A stretch of DNA of 26,856 bases from IMG/VR virus record IMGVR_UViG_3300031454_000017, positions 1 to 26,856 of that record. One strand, given 5' to 3'. This DNA comes from a virus (Duplodnaviria; Caudoviricetes). A program made the translations under genes and the position numbers. Positions 16,954 through 24,456 of the stretch are shown piece after piece. Within the stretch, counting starts at the first letter, position 1. Each line of letters begins with the position of its first letter. The notes beneath the pieces are model-generated. The model worked only from the letters and a program-made list of their open reading frames with translations, searched no databases and was not told the DNA's origin.

Positions 16954-18117
16954 TTACGCGGCTTTTCTCTCCTCGGCTATCCGCTCGTCTATAACCCGCT
17001 GCCACTCTTCGTAGAAGCCGGACAGGTCACCGCCGTTTTCTTTACCTACTCGATCTTTCGTCTGATCCCAGAGCAACATGACGAGGTGCCCACCGCCCGA
17101 AAAGGTGCCCGACTGCGAGCCGTAAGCTATGGCGTCGTTATCGTCCTGCCACTTCTGCCACGCGGGTTTAGCGTCCTCTGCCGCTTTGCGTTTAAGCCGC
17201 TGCCAGAGGATGACCGCCTCGCCGTCGGTAAGGTCGGTAAAACGCTCTAGCTCACTCAGCCCGAAAGCCGTCTCGATAACCTGCGCTTCGTTACTCGTGT
17301 CGATACCGAGCTTTTGCAGCTCTGCCCGAAGCCCATCAACGCGTTTCTCAGAGATGGTCACAGGCTCGCGCACGGCCTCTACCGGCTCTGCTGCTGTCTC
17401 AGGTCGCGGGGTTGGCTGTGCTGTGGGCGTTGTGGGCGCTGACGAGAGCCACGCTTTAATGTCCCTGCCTACCTGCTCATCCGGGCGCTCGAGTATCCGG
17501 CCTTGAAACTTACCGGTACGGTCCTTGATGAAACTTGCGTAGTTATCTGGCGACAACTCCATGAGCATGTCGAATTCGTACTCGATGCCCTTACCCTGCT
17601 CTGGCGCTAAACCTACCCGGACGGGCTTTGTTTTACCGCTACGCTCATCCTTTTCGGTTGTCCACTCGGTCTTACTTCGCATGGTCGCAATGACGTGACC
17701 GGGGTAGCGCAAAATGGCGTCCACTAACCGCCTTTGCCTAGGTGTGCCGTCACTCCACGCCTGCCAAGAGTTGCCTTTGTATTTCGTTTTGGTGAGCTTA
17801 TCGACCTCATCTAAAAGCTCTTGCCAAGCGTGAGAGAGCGAGTCGATAATGATGACCTCGTACCCGGCTTTGCCCGCGTCCTCGAGCGTTTTGACGTAGG
17901 CGTCAATGCTCTTGTCAGCTTCCAGCTCAGCCACATCAAAGGGGTGCAGATCGGCGTACTTGCTCGCGCTACCCCGCTCGGTGTCGATCACGGCGACCTT
18001 GCCGCCGAGACCCGCGGCTATCTTGAGGCTGCTCATCGTCTTACCCGACCCGGACGGCCCGAAAACGGCCATCCTGAGTTTCAAGTTTTCTTTAACCGCA
18101 GGCTTAAAGACTGTCAT
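16954..18117 (-). CDS. Sak4-like AAA ATPase / phage recombination protein
   Basis: GPSGSGKT, IDTERGS, IIIDSLSHAW, EYEFD. Confidence 0.82.
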   Translation of the reverse strand: MTVFKPAVKENLKLRMAVFGPSGSGKTMSSLKIAAGLGGKVAVIDTERGSASKYADLHPFDVAELEADKSIDAYVKTLEDAGKAGYEVIIIDSLSHAWQELLDEVDKLTKTKYKGNSWQAWSDGTPRQRRLVDAILRYPGHVIATMRSKTEWTTEKDERSGKTKPVRVGLAPEQGKGIEYEFDMLMELSPDNYASFIKDRTGKFQGRILERPDEQVGRDIKAWLSSAPTTPTAQPTPRPETAAEPVEAVREPVTISEKRVDGLRAELQKLGIDTSNEAQVIETAFGLSELERFTDLTDGEAVILWQRLKRKAAEDAKPAWQKWQDDNDAIAYGSQSGTFSGGGHLVMLLWDQTKDRVGKENGGDLSGFYEEWQRVIDERIAEERKAA

Positions 18118-18214
18118 CTCTCAAAATCCTTTCGTTATCCATCCTCACCAATAGCGCCACAACACTCAGCGCGACGAAAAAGCCCGCACCTATGAGGGTC
18201 ACAAGGTCAGCCAT
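18104..18214 (-). CDS. Small membrane peptide, 36 aa
   Basis: MADLVTLIGAGFFVALSVVALLV hydrophobic helix; GAGG RBS. Confidence 0.5.
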   Translation of the reverse strand: MADLVTLIGAGFFVALSVVALLVRMDNERILRDDSL

Positions 18215-18371
18215 TTCGCCTCGTGTACGTCCTCTTAAGCGCGTCCCGCCACTCGACCGGCAGCTCGGCCCGTTCCCTGTGTTTCGCGGCAAAGTAGTCA
18301 ACGAGGCCGTCTACCGCTAGAGCAAGCACGTGGGCCAGGAGCCAGAGGGCGAGGGTGGTTAGCGCGGTTAT
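18207..18371 (-). CDS. Small membrane protein, 54 codons, with ATA start or a lost start codon
   Basis: ITALTTLALWLLAHVLALAVDG...; begins at an ATAA overlap with the upstream stop. Confidence 0.35.
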   Translation of the reverse strand: MTALTTLALWLLAHVLALAVDGLVDYFAAKHRERAELPVEWRDALKRTYTRRNG

Positions 18372-18577
18372 GGCAGCACCTCAATAACGATGTAGACGAT
18401 GGCCTCTTGGTCGATATTGAATGCGCGCGGGTCGGTCTCACTGACACTCAACTGTGTCCTGGTCTTCGCACCCAGATTGATGTTATAAAGAAAATTTGCC
18501 CGCCTTTCGGGAATCTCAGGTAGCACAATCGGCTCTAGGCCATGCTTCAGAAAGATGGTGGCTTTGTACAGACTCAC
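18368..18577 (-). CDS. Hypothetical protein
   Basis: GTGA coupling; 69 aa. Confidence 0.55.
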   Translation of the reverse strand: MSLYKATIFLKHGLEPIVLPEIPERRANFLYNINLGAKTRTQLSVSETDPRAFNIDQEAIVYIVIEVLP

Positions 18578-18726
18578 GTCACCGCCCCGAAGTCTTTAAG
18601 CTCCGCCAGCGCCTCGGCAGCAGCTTGTGGGTTTAACTGCCACTCGGGATACTGCTCCTGCAGAAAACCGAGAAGTTCTGTATCCTCACGGGCAAGAGAA
18701 AGTAAAATCTTTTGCGCCTCGCTCAC
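18574..18726 (-). CDS. Hypothetical protein, 50 aa (MSEAQKILLSLAREDTELLGFLQEQYPEW...)
   Basis: Manual translation; GAGGAGG RBS; GTGA overlaps at both ends. Confidence 0.55.
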   Translation of the reverse strand: MSEAQKILLSLAREDTELLGFLQEQYPEWQLNPQAAAEALAELKDFGAVT

Positions 18727-18878
18727 CGGAACCTCCTCAGTCTTGCAATCGGATCGCCTTTAGGTGCGGGCTGCTCGACGCGAATATCGGCTTGTGTCAG
18801 GAGCCAGGGCCTCTCGAGGCGGGCTTGGTATCTGCGGATGGCCGCATAGTCGTTTTGTTCTCGGCGGGTGCGGGTCAC
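18723..18878 (-). CDS. Hypothetical protein, 51 aa (MTRTRREQNDYAAIRRYQARLERPW...)
   Basis: Manual translation; GGAGG RBS; GTGA overlaps at both ends. Confidence 0.5.
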   Translation of the reverse strand: MTRTRREQNDYAAIRRYQARLERPWLLTQADIRVEQPAPKGDPIARLRRFR

Positions 18879-19114
18879 TCACCAACCTCCGTTGCAATCC
18901 GAATAGCCTCTAGGTAGTCGCCAGCAGCAAAGGCAAGGCGCGCACGAGCGTAGAGCTTGCTAAGCGCCTCGGCTTTTTCTACTACCGGAAGTGTTGGTAC
19001 GCTGCCCACGAGCCCTCCGAGTCCACTCACGCCCACCCAGCTCGAGCCGATCTCGCGGCTTAGCTCTTTAAGCGCTTGGTTTGCCAGGTGCATTCTCATG
19101 TTGTGTTCGCTCAT
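18875..19114 (-). CDS. Hypothetical protein
   Basis: Start ATG 19114 (MSEHNMR...) with GAGG RBS and ATGA overlap. Confidence 0.55.
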   Translation of the reverse strand: MSEHNMRMHLANQALKELSREIGSSWVGVSGLGGLVGSVPTLPVVEKAEALSKLYARARLAFAAGDYLEAIRIATEVGE

Positions 19115-19260
19115 CCCGTCACCTCGAGCAGCAGCGCATACCGCGTCTTGACGCTCGCCCACGCACCGTGTCGGCTGTTGGCAAGGCCGGTTTAGCCCCA
19201 GCGTTTGTAATGGACGTGCCAGCGGTAGAGCTGACCGTCGGGGTGGATGATGACTCTCAC
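19111..19260 (-). pseudogene. 50-codon gene with an internal TAA at 19192-19194
   Basis: MRVIIHPDGQLYRWHVHYKRWG*TGLANSRHGAWASVKTRYALLLEVTG*; start/stop overlaps at both ends in the same frame. Confidence 0.5.
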
Positions 19261-19457
19261 AGCTCGCTCCTGTTTCGCCTTCGAGCATCGCGCGCACGTC
19301 TGCCAGCAGCCCTCGCCGTGTGCTTTTTGTAGTTCGGTTTGGTGGGGCGCTTAGCTGAGGTATTACGCGCAGGAGGACGCTGCTCACTGTCTTTTGCCGT
19401 TCGTACCACCGCCTCAATTTCAGCGATGGTCGGGTGCGTAAAGTCGTTACGGTTCAT
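19257..19457 (-). CDS. Basic hypothetical protein (MNRNDFTHPT...)
   Basis: GGAGG RBS; ATGA overlap at 19454-19457. Confidence 0.55.
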   Translation of the reverse strand: MNRNDFTHPTIAEIEAVVRTAKDSEQRPPARNTSAKRPTKPNYKKHTARAAGRRARDARRRNRSEL

Positions 19458-19555
19458 GCTGCTAACCTCCCCTGTTCCCGCCGCAGCACCGCCACCGCAG
19501 CCCGCTCGCAGCACCCATAACCCGCAGCGCCATTTGTGCAGCTAAAAAGTTTCAC
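19454..19555 (-). pseudogene. Displaced 3' end of the 20228-20590 gene, now a 33 aa mini-ORF
   Basis: [33 protein letters not shown] aligns with ...[25 protein letters not shown]. Confidence 0.7.
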
Positions 19556-20181
19556 AGTTTGACCGCCCGCTCGAGAGCCTGTTCAATCGGTAACTTCAAT
19601 TTTCGGTAGTAGTAGTACAACGAATATTCCTTTACCCGATTAGCTTCAGCTAAGGATCGAAATGTGTTGTACTTAATGCCTTCACAAACAAGCTGGACGC
19701 TTGATCGCCTGTTAATAGCTTGTTCTTTGGCAGTAGCCCATCGGCAATTTTCCGGACTGTATGGGCCATCGTTATCTATTCGGTCAACAGAGCAGGCCCT
19801 GCCTTTACCCGGAGCCGGACCCATATGCTCAAAAAAGGCGCTGAAGTCGTCCACCCAACGGTCACAGACTGTGATACCGCGTCCGCCATAAAGCTCCCAG
19901 CCTTTGTCATTAGGGTTGAAGCAACGCCCTTTGATATGCGTCCATGCTCGATATTCCTTCGTTCGTATCTGCCCATGGGTTGTGAACTGCCTCTTGTTTT
20001 TTTCTTTGTTATAGCAGCCACAACTAATCGTCGAACCTGCTCGCAGAGCATCCATATTAATTTCTTTTTCAGCACCGCAATCACAGCGGCATAGCCACTT
20101 AGTGTGCCTGTCTCGTTTAGGTGCCCTTGATATAACGACAAGCCGACCGTAACGCCTACCTGTATAGTCAATCAGCGTCAT
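19552..20181 (-). CDS. Free-standing HNH homing-endonuclease-like protein
   Basis: [56 protein letters not shown]; start ATG 20181; AT-richer than flanks. Confidence 0.88.
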   Translation of the reverse strand: MTLIDYTGRRYGRLVVISRAPKRDRHTKWLCRCDCGAEKEINMDALRAGSTISCGCYNKEKNKRQFTTHGQIRTKEYRAWTHIKGRCFNPNDKGWELYGGRGITVCDRWVDDFSAFFEHMGPAPGKGRACSVDRIDNDGPYSPENCRWATAKEQAINRRSSVQLVCEGIKYNTFRSLAEANRVKEYSLYYYYRKLKLPIEQALERAVKL

Positions 20182-20227
20182 GGGCTCACTACCAGAAGAA
20201 AATGCTTGAGGTCCAACAGTTTTGTAA

Positions 20228-20590
20228 TCACGCCACCCACCTACTTTTTCCTTGCAAGATCGCCACTGCTGCCTTTTCATCGCAAGAAAAACCCGCTGCG
20301 CCGTGGTGGTCATTCAGGCGCGCTCGCTCGATAGGCAGGTCGATAAGCGACTTCCCGTTAAAGTGCACGCCCAGCCCAGCGAAAAAGACCAGCCCGCCGG
20401 TAAGCGTCCGACCGTTCTCAAAGGTGATAGCCAGTTTGACGAAAGCTTTAGCGATGACCTCCGTGTCCTCGAAAGTGCAAACGCCTCTCCCGAGTTTTTG
20501 GGCGGTGCAAAAGCGGCGCAGAAACAGCAGCGGTGTGGTCGGCAGATCGGCGTGCGTAGGTAGGCTGGGTGTTTCGGCAAGGGTGGTCAC
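20228..20590 (-). CDS. Hypothetical protein (putative HNH target gene)
   Basis: GTG 20590 overlaps the upstream stop (GTGA); 120 aa. Confidence 0.55.
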   Translation of the reverse strand: MTTLAETPSLPTHADLPTTPLLFLRRFCTAQKLGRGVCTFEDTEVIAKAFVKLAITFENGRTLTGGLVFFAGLGVHFNGKSLIDLPIERARLNDHHGAAGFSCDEKAAVAILQGKSRWVA

Positions 20591-20805
20591 GGCGTCAACT
20601 CGGAAGCTCTGTTGAGAAAGAACCGCGCTGTGTGTTCGTAACCGAACGCTACAGCCCGCTCTGCCTGGCAAAGGGTATCCGCCACTTTCAATGCCTGCCT
20701 GTAGTTTCCGACGTGCAAATAGTGCTCGGCCCGTTGTCTAGCAAGTTGCTCGAGGTGATGCAGGCTCGAGAGGTGCGTTGGCTGCGTTTGCGGTGAAAGG
20801 CTCAT
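20587..20805 (-). CDS. Hypothetical helical protein
   Basis: GAGGAGG RBS; coupled at both ends. Confidence 0.55.
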   Translation of the reverse strand: MSLSPQTQPTHLSSLHHLEQLARQRAEHYLHVGNYRQALKVADTLCQAERAVAFGYEHTARFFLNRASELTP

Positions 20806-20981
20806 ACGTCCTCCTCGTGCTCACAATCAAGTGTTTGGGGATCGGCGCGTACATAAATGCCGCTAGTCGTCAACGCGCCGCAAAAGCAACATTTTTCAGT
20901 TTCGGGATTAGGTATTCTTACCGGCCTACCTCTGTATCGTTTATTCCAACAGCCGAGGCAGATGCTATGTGTCCAGCTCAT
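20802..20981 (-). CDS. Small Cys-rich protein (MSWTHSICLGCW...)
   Basis: CLGC and CCFC motifs; ATGA overlaps. Confidence 0.55.
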   Translation of the reverse strand: MSWTHSICLGCWNKRYRGRPVRIPNPETEKCCFCGALTTSGIYVRADPQTLDCEHEEDV

Positions 20982-21061
20982 TGGCTGAGCCAATCGCCGT
21001 CAGCATCATCCACCAAAACTGCCAAACCACTTTCGGGGTAAACCAAAATTGTGCCTACCAT
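20978..21061 (-). pseudogene. 27 aa mini-ORF resembling the N-terminus of HNH-AP2 endonucleases
   Basis: [27 protein letters not shown]; compare the recalled G..ALVDDED..WLSQ pattern. Confidence 0.35.
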
Positions 21062-21654
21062 GTTTCTGCCTCTTCTCGAGACAGCCAAAAATGAATACCG
21101 TGTGTGCAGTCAACCCGTATGTCATCGTCGTAAGAGTCAGGTCGTGTGGGCTTGCCGACCTCGTAAATGGTGCTATGGCTGTGCCTGCCCACAGCCCGTG
21201 TTGCCTCTACGTCTGCTGTGAGGTAGACAGCTAAGGTTTCAACCCACTCAGCGCGGCATTTGCGGTTGATGAGGCAGCCTGTGCGTCTTGCCTCGGGCGG
21301 TATACGCAGCTTGGCGATACCCCCTTGCACGGCCTTCCAGACGATAAGCTCACCTTCTTGCGGTATTTGAAAAGCCAAGCCTTCAGCGCCTCTCAGGACA
21401 GCGCCACTCAGGTCAGCGCCTCTCAGGTCAGCGTCACTCAGGTCAGCGTCACTCAGGTCAGCGCCTCTCAGGTCAGCGCGGCTCAGGACAGCGCGGCTCA
21501 GGTCAGCGTCACTCAGGACAGCGCCTCTCAGGTCAGCGCGGCTCAGGTCAGCGTCACTCAGGACAGCGCCTCTCAGGTCAGCGCGGCTCCCACCATCGCT
21601 ATTTAGCCATTTGACGTGATCTGCCAAAACCTCTTTTAGCTTTTGTTTATCCAT
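21055..21654 (-). CDS. Pentapeptide-repeat protein with DUF5758-like C-terminal domain
   Basis: About 13 A(D/V)L(S/R)x repeats; C-terminal KCRAE...[14 protein letters not shown]. Confidence 0.88.
   Translation of the reverse strand: MDKQKLKEVLADHVKWLNSDGGSRADLRGAVLSDADLSRADLRGAVLSDADLSRAVLSRADLRGADLSDADLSDADLRGADLSGAVLRGAEGLAFQIPQEGELIVWKAVQGGIAKLRIPPEARRTGCLINRKCRAEWVETLAVYLTADVEATRAVGRHSHSTIYEVGKPTRPDSYDDDIRVDCTHGIHFWLSREEAETW
21385..21587. repeat. 15 bp tandem coding repeats of the pentapeptide array
   Basis: Units such as CTCAGGTCAGCGTCA and CTCAGGACAGCGCCT. Confidence 0.9.
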
Positions 21655-21655
21655 T

Positions 21656-21841
21656 TCAGCTTTCCTCCCCAGGGCGCTCGTCCGCCAACTGCTCGTCCAT
21701 GCGCGCCTTGAAATAGGCTGCGTCAGCTCCGGTCATTTTTATGACGACTGTGACCGTTGGATGCCACGTGCGGGGCGCGCCGCCACGCTTGGGGCGGTAG
21801 TCGGTGGGCGGGGTGGGCTTGGGACGGGGTGAGGGGATCAC
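21656..21841 (-). CDS. Hypothetical protein
   Basis: Coupled to upstream gene; GAGG RBS. Confidence 0.5.
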   Translation of the reverse strand: MIPSPRPKPTPPTDYRPKRGGAPRTWHPTVTVVIKMTGADAAYFKARMDEQLADERPGEES

Positions 21842-22032
21842 GGCATCACCTCTTCGGCCAGCACGTCGCGTACCGCCGCGCGCAGTTCGGCGTTTGTCTT
21901 GAGTTCTTTGATCAGCTCGTTTCGAGACAGAGGCATCTTGCCCTGACGTTTCCGCTCGGCATATTCAGCATTGATACGGTCAAACGTTTGGTTAGCAGCT
22001 GTCAAGAAGTCGGCTTGTTCTTTTGCGTTCAT
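21838..22032 (-). CDS. Hypothetical protein
   Basis: ATGA overlap; helical 64 aa. Confidence 0.6.
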   Translation of the reverse strand: MNAKEQADFLTAANQTFDRINAEYAERKRQGKMPLSRNELIKELKTNAELRAAVRDVLAEEVMP

Positions 22033-22058
22033 CGGCAGCCGCCACGGTAAAGTGGATT

Positions 22059-22340
22059 ATGGATACCAACAACCTTCAAGAAGCAATCAAGAAGCTTGTG
22101 CTGCATAACATGACGCTCGAGTACCGTCTCTGCATCAGCGCCAACTTTAGTGACAACGAGGCGCGCAAGTTTGCTATTTCTAAGAGCTTGCACACCCTCA
22201 GAGCCCTTTATGGGCGTGCTCCCGATGATCACGCTGCGTTTATCAAAAAGCTGTCGGATGATCTCGATAAGGCTATGGAAATCTATGAGAACCCTGCGTT
22301 TCTCGACATGCCCGACTTTGACGGCGGCGCTGAGGCCTGA
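22059..22340 (+). CDS. Counter-oriented, probably leaderless hypothetical protein, 93 aa
   Basis: TAAAGT -10 at 22048-22053, 5 nt before ATG 22059; amphipathic helical sequence. Confidence 0.6.
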   Translation: MDTNNLQEAIKKLVLHNMTLEYRLCISANFSDNEARKFAISKSLHTLRALYGRAPDDHAAFIKKLSDDLDKAMEIYENPAFLDMPDFDGGAEA

Positions 22341-22492
22341 GCTCCGGCTCGAGCCGCACAGCCATCTCTTTAAGCGATCCCGTGGTGCCGAACATGCTCT
22401 CTGAGTCCCACTTTGGTGAGGCGGGTTTTCGGCGGGGGCGGAGAAACGATTTGATAAATCTGTACATGGGGTATCCCTTCTTGGGTGGGGGG

Positions 22493-23251
22493 TCATATTT
22501 CTTGGGTAAGCACGCCGCCGTGAGGTATCTGGCGCGGGCCTAACCACTTTTTACGGAGTGCCGCAACGTCGCTTGAAACCTCACGAGCAATGTCAATAAC
22601 CGCGCCGTCGCCCCTAGCGTCCTGTCTGCCGATGGCGCTCACCTCGAGCGTTTGCGCGGTATCGACTAGACTCAGCTCGGTACGGCTGTAGAGGTCTCGT
22701 GTAGTACGACCACCTCGGTACCTCTGGATTTCCTTAGCCGTGAGGCCCGTCACGGCGACGTTATTGAGGTCATGCACTTTCGGGAAGGTCAGCTCGCTAC
22801 ATCCCGCCGCTGCTATGGCTTGGTTCAGCCCTAATGCCGACTCTCGAGCTTTGGCCCGATCTGCAATCCAGCGCAGGTCCGCAGGCTTTTGTGTCCGGTC
22901 TATCAGGTCGGCGGTTAGGGTGGGGTCGGCTTGACGCACCCGCTGTATAAGGTCACTCGCCCATTCTCGGAACTGCGCCGCCTTGGGGCCACCTGCGACC
23001 ATTGCCAGTTTGTAGACGCCTTTTTCGCTAAGCGTTTCGGGTGGTCTACCTTTGCCGAAGGAATAAGTAGAAGAACCCTCCACTAATTCCGGGTACTGCT
23101 TTTTCAGGTGCCTCCAAGAGTTTCTAGGGTCTTTCAGCCCTAAGGCCACCAAAACGTCTACGGCGACCATTTGCCCCTCTGGGGTTGTCCGTATATCGAC
23201 ACCCTCAAAGGTCTTTGCTAAGCTGTGTTTAGAGCTGGGTTGCATCTTCAT
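22493..23251 (-). CDS. BRO-N family antirepressor with a DinD-like C-terminal region
   Basis: IRTTPEG.MVAVDVL, LSEKGVYKL...PKAAQFREW; TGLTAKEI..RG..TRD....EL; directly after cro. Confidence 0.72.
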   Translation of the reverse strand: MKMQPSSKHSLAKTFEGVDIRTTPEGQMVAVDVLVALGLKDPRNSWRHLKKQYPELVEGSSTYSFGKGRPPETLSEKGVYKLAMVAGGPKAAQFREWASDLIQRVRQADPTLTADLIDRTQKPADLRWIADRAKARESALGLNQAIAAAGCSELTFPKVHDLNNVAVTGLTAKEIQRYRGGRTTRDLYSRTELSLVDTAQTLEVSAIGRQDARGDGAVIDIAREVSSDVAALRKKWLGPRQIPHGGVLTQEI

Positions 23252-23257
23252 TCCCCT

Positions 23258-23518
23258 CTAGGCCGCTGTTACCGCAGCGGTCGTTTTCTGTGCGTCTTTT
23301 GTATCAGTGTTGGATTTGTACCAGTCAACCCCCAGAAAAAGGCAGAGCTGAATGATCGTGGCGTCCCGCATAACTCCCTTCCCGTGTAAGAACTTTGCCA
23401 CAGTGACATGGCTTATTCCCGTCTCACGCATGATTTGCCGCCCCGAGATGCTTTTAGCCGCCATAACCTCAAGTGCGTTTTTCCGCAACACGTCCATGTC
23501 TTGCATCTCTAATGGCAT
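23258..23518 (-). CDS. Cro-like XRE HTH regulator
   Basis: ISGRQIMRETGISHVTVAKFLHG HTH; divergent from the repressor. Confidence 0.8.
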   Translation of the reverse strand: MPLEMQDMDVLRKNALEVMAAKSISGRQIMRETGISHVTVAKFLHGKGVMRDATIIQLCLFLGVDWYKSNTDTKDAQKTTAAVTAA

Positions 23519-23524
23519 GGTACT

Positions 23525-23553
23525 AGCGTAGCACTGACACAGTGTTGTGTCAA
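23525..23553 (-). promoter_or_regulatory. Lytic promoter giving a leaderless cro mRNA
   Basis: TTGACA (23553-23548), 17 bp spacer, TACGCT (23530-23525), 6 nt, then ATG. Confidence 0.75.
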
Positions 23554-23575
23554 TATAAGACTAGGTGCTAAGTCT
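23535..23575. promoter_or_regulatory. Two 18 bp palindromic operators
   Basis: TGACACAGTGTTGTGTCA (23535-23552) and AGACTAGGTGCTAAGTCT (23558-23575); consensus WGACW-N8-WGTCW. Confidence 0.6.
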
Positions 23576-23648
23576 AAGTGTTAAATAAGTCTAATATCAA
23601 GGGTAGGCTCTGTACTATTTTGCTACAGTTTGCTACAGTAATGAGCCA

Positions 23649-24443
23649 ATGGTTAGAGCCCCTACATTTTCCACCCTTGACCCGCCATATATCGGGTATG
23701 CCTACATGCCGTCCGAAGTAGAAACCGACGTCGAGACAAAGCGCGCGAAGATGCTCGGGGAGCTTGTCACCGAGTGGCGGCGCGCTAAAGGCTTTTCACG
23801 CCCCGAGCTTTTAACAGAACTGAGTAAGCACGGTACTGAGCTCTCTTATAGCCACCTTCAAAAGATGGAAAAAGGAGAACGGTCGCTGGCAAGCGCAGGT
23901 ATAGACATTCGTGAAGGGTTACGAAAAGCGTTTGGTGTTACACGTAGCGAATGGACAACAAAGACAGGACTCTATACGCCTGACCCTAGCGTGTTCGATG
24001 ATCAGGTTGTAATTCAAAATCCGAACTTGCGTCATGGCACGCGAAGCATTCCGAAATACGACTTTGTGGGTATGGGGCCGGGGGGTCGGGACGGTCGTGT
24101 TATCGGCTATGTAGACATTCCAGACACATGGAGCGGCGAATACGTCGCTTTCGACGCGATGGGCGACAGCATGGGGCCGCAGATACCGGACGGCACGACT
24201 TTAATCATCCGGCTGCAAGACCAATCTGACTTTAACGAAGTTATTGTGTGCTGGACCGATGAGGACGGAATGCTATGCAAGCTTCTGAAAGATGTTCTAA
24301 ATGACGGCACGCACGTACTCACATCGTTCAATCCCGCTTACCCGCCGATCTGGGCTCGAAACGTCAAGATTTACGGTATCCTTTGGGAAACGCGAAGCTC
24401 ATGGCGCAAGAATGGTAAAAAGACAAACGGTAACTACAGCTAG
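23649..24443 (+). CDS. cI: CI-like repressor (XRE HTH plus S24 autopeptidase)
   Basis: HTH LSYSHLQKMEKGER; catalytic GDSM and CK; SFNPAYPPI; true start may be ATG 23706. Confidence 0.9.
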   Translation: MVRAPTFSTLDPPYIGYAYMPSEVETDVETKRAKMLGELVTEWRRAKGFSRPELLTELSKHGTELSYSHLQKMEKGERSLASAGIDIREGLRKAFGVTRSEWTTKTGLYTPDPSVFDDQVVIQNPNLRHGTRSIPKYDFVGMGPGGRDGRVIGYVDIPDTWSGEYVAFDAMGDSMGPQIPDGTTLIIRLQDQSDFNEVIVCWTDEDGMLCKLLKDVLNDGTHVLTSFNPAYPPIWARNVKIYGILWETRSSWRKNGKKTNGNYS

Positions 24444-24456
24444 TTTAGGAGGCATA

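Noticed and set aside
19192-19194. Stop-codon reassignment
   Set aside because: TAA, TAG and TGA all end long intact genes throughout the window; this is a single isolated case.
19500-20230. Group I intron around the HNH gene
   Set aside because: Flanks of under 50 nt cannot hold a catalytic core, and the flanking coding pieces are duplicated rather than complementary exons.
20182-20313. N-terminal extension of the HNH ORF
   Set aside because: It overlaps the upstream gene's tail; family-like sequence starts at ATG 20181.
21385-21587. CRISPR-like or DGR-like repeat array
   Set aside because: The 15 bp units are contiguous with no spacers and encode pentapeptide repeats; no cas or reverse transcriptase gene is present.
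402-21606. Numerous plus-strand ORFs opposite the structural and early genes
   Set aside because: These look like antisense shadows of GC-rich coding frames, with no RBS, promoter or motif support.
24301-24456. N-terminal extension of the 315 aa ORF overlapping cI
   Set aside because: The AGGAGG RBS and signal peptide place the start at 24457.
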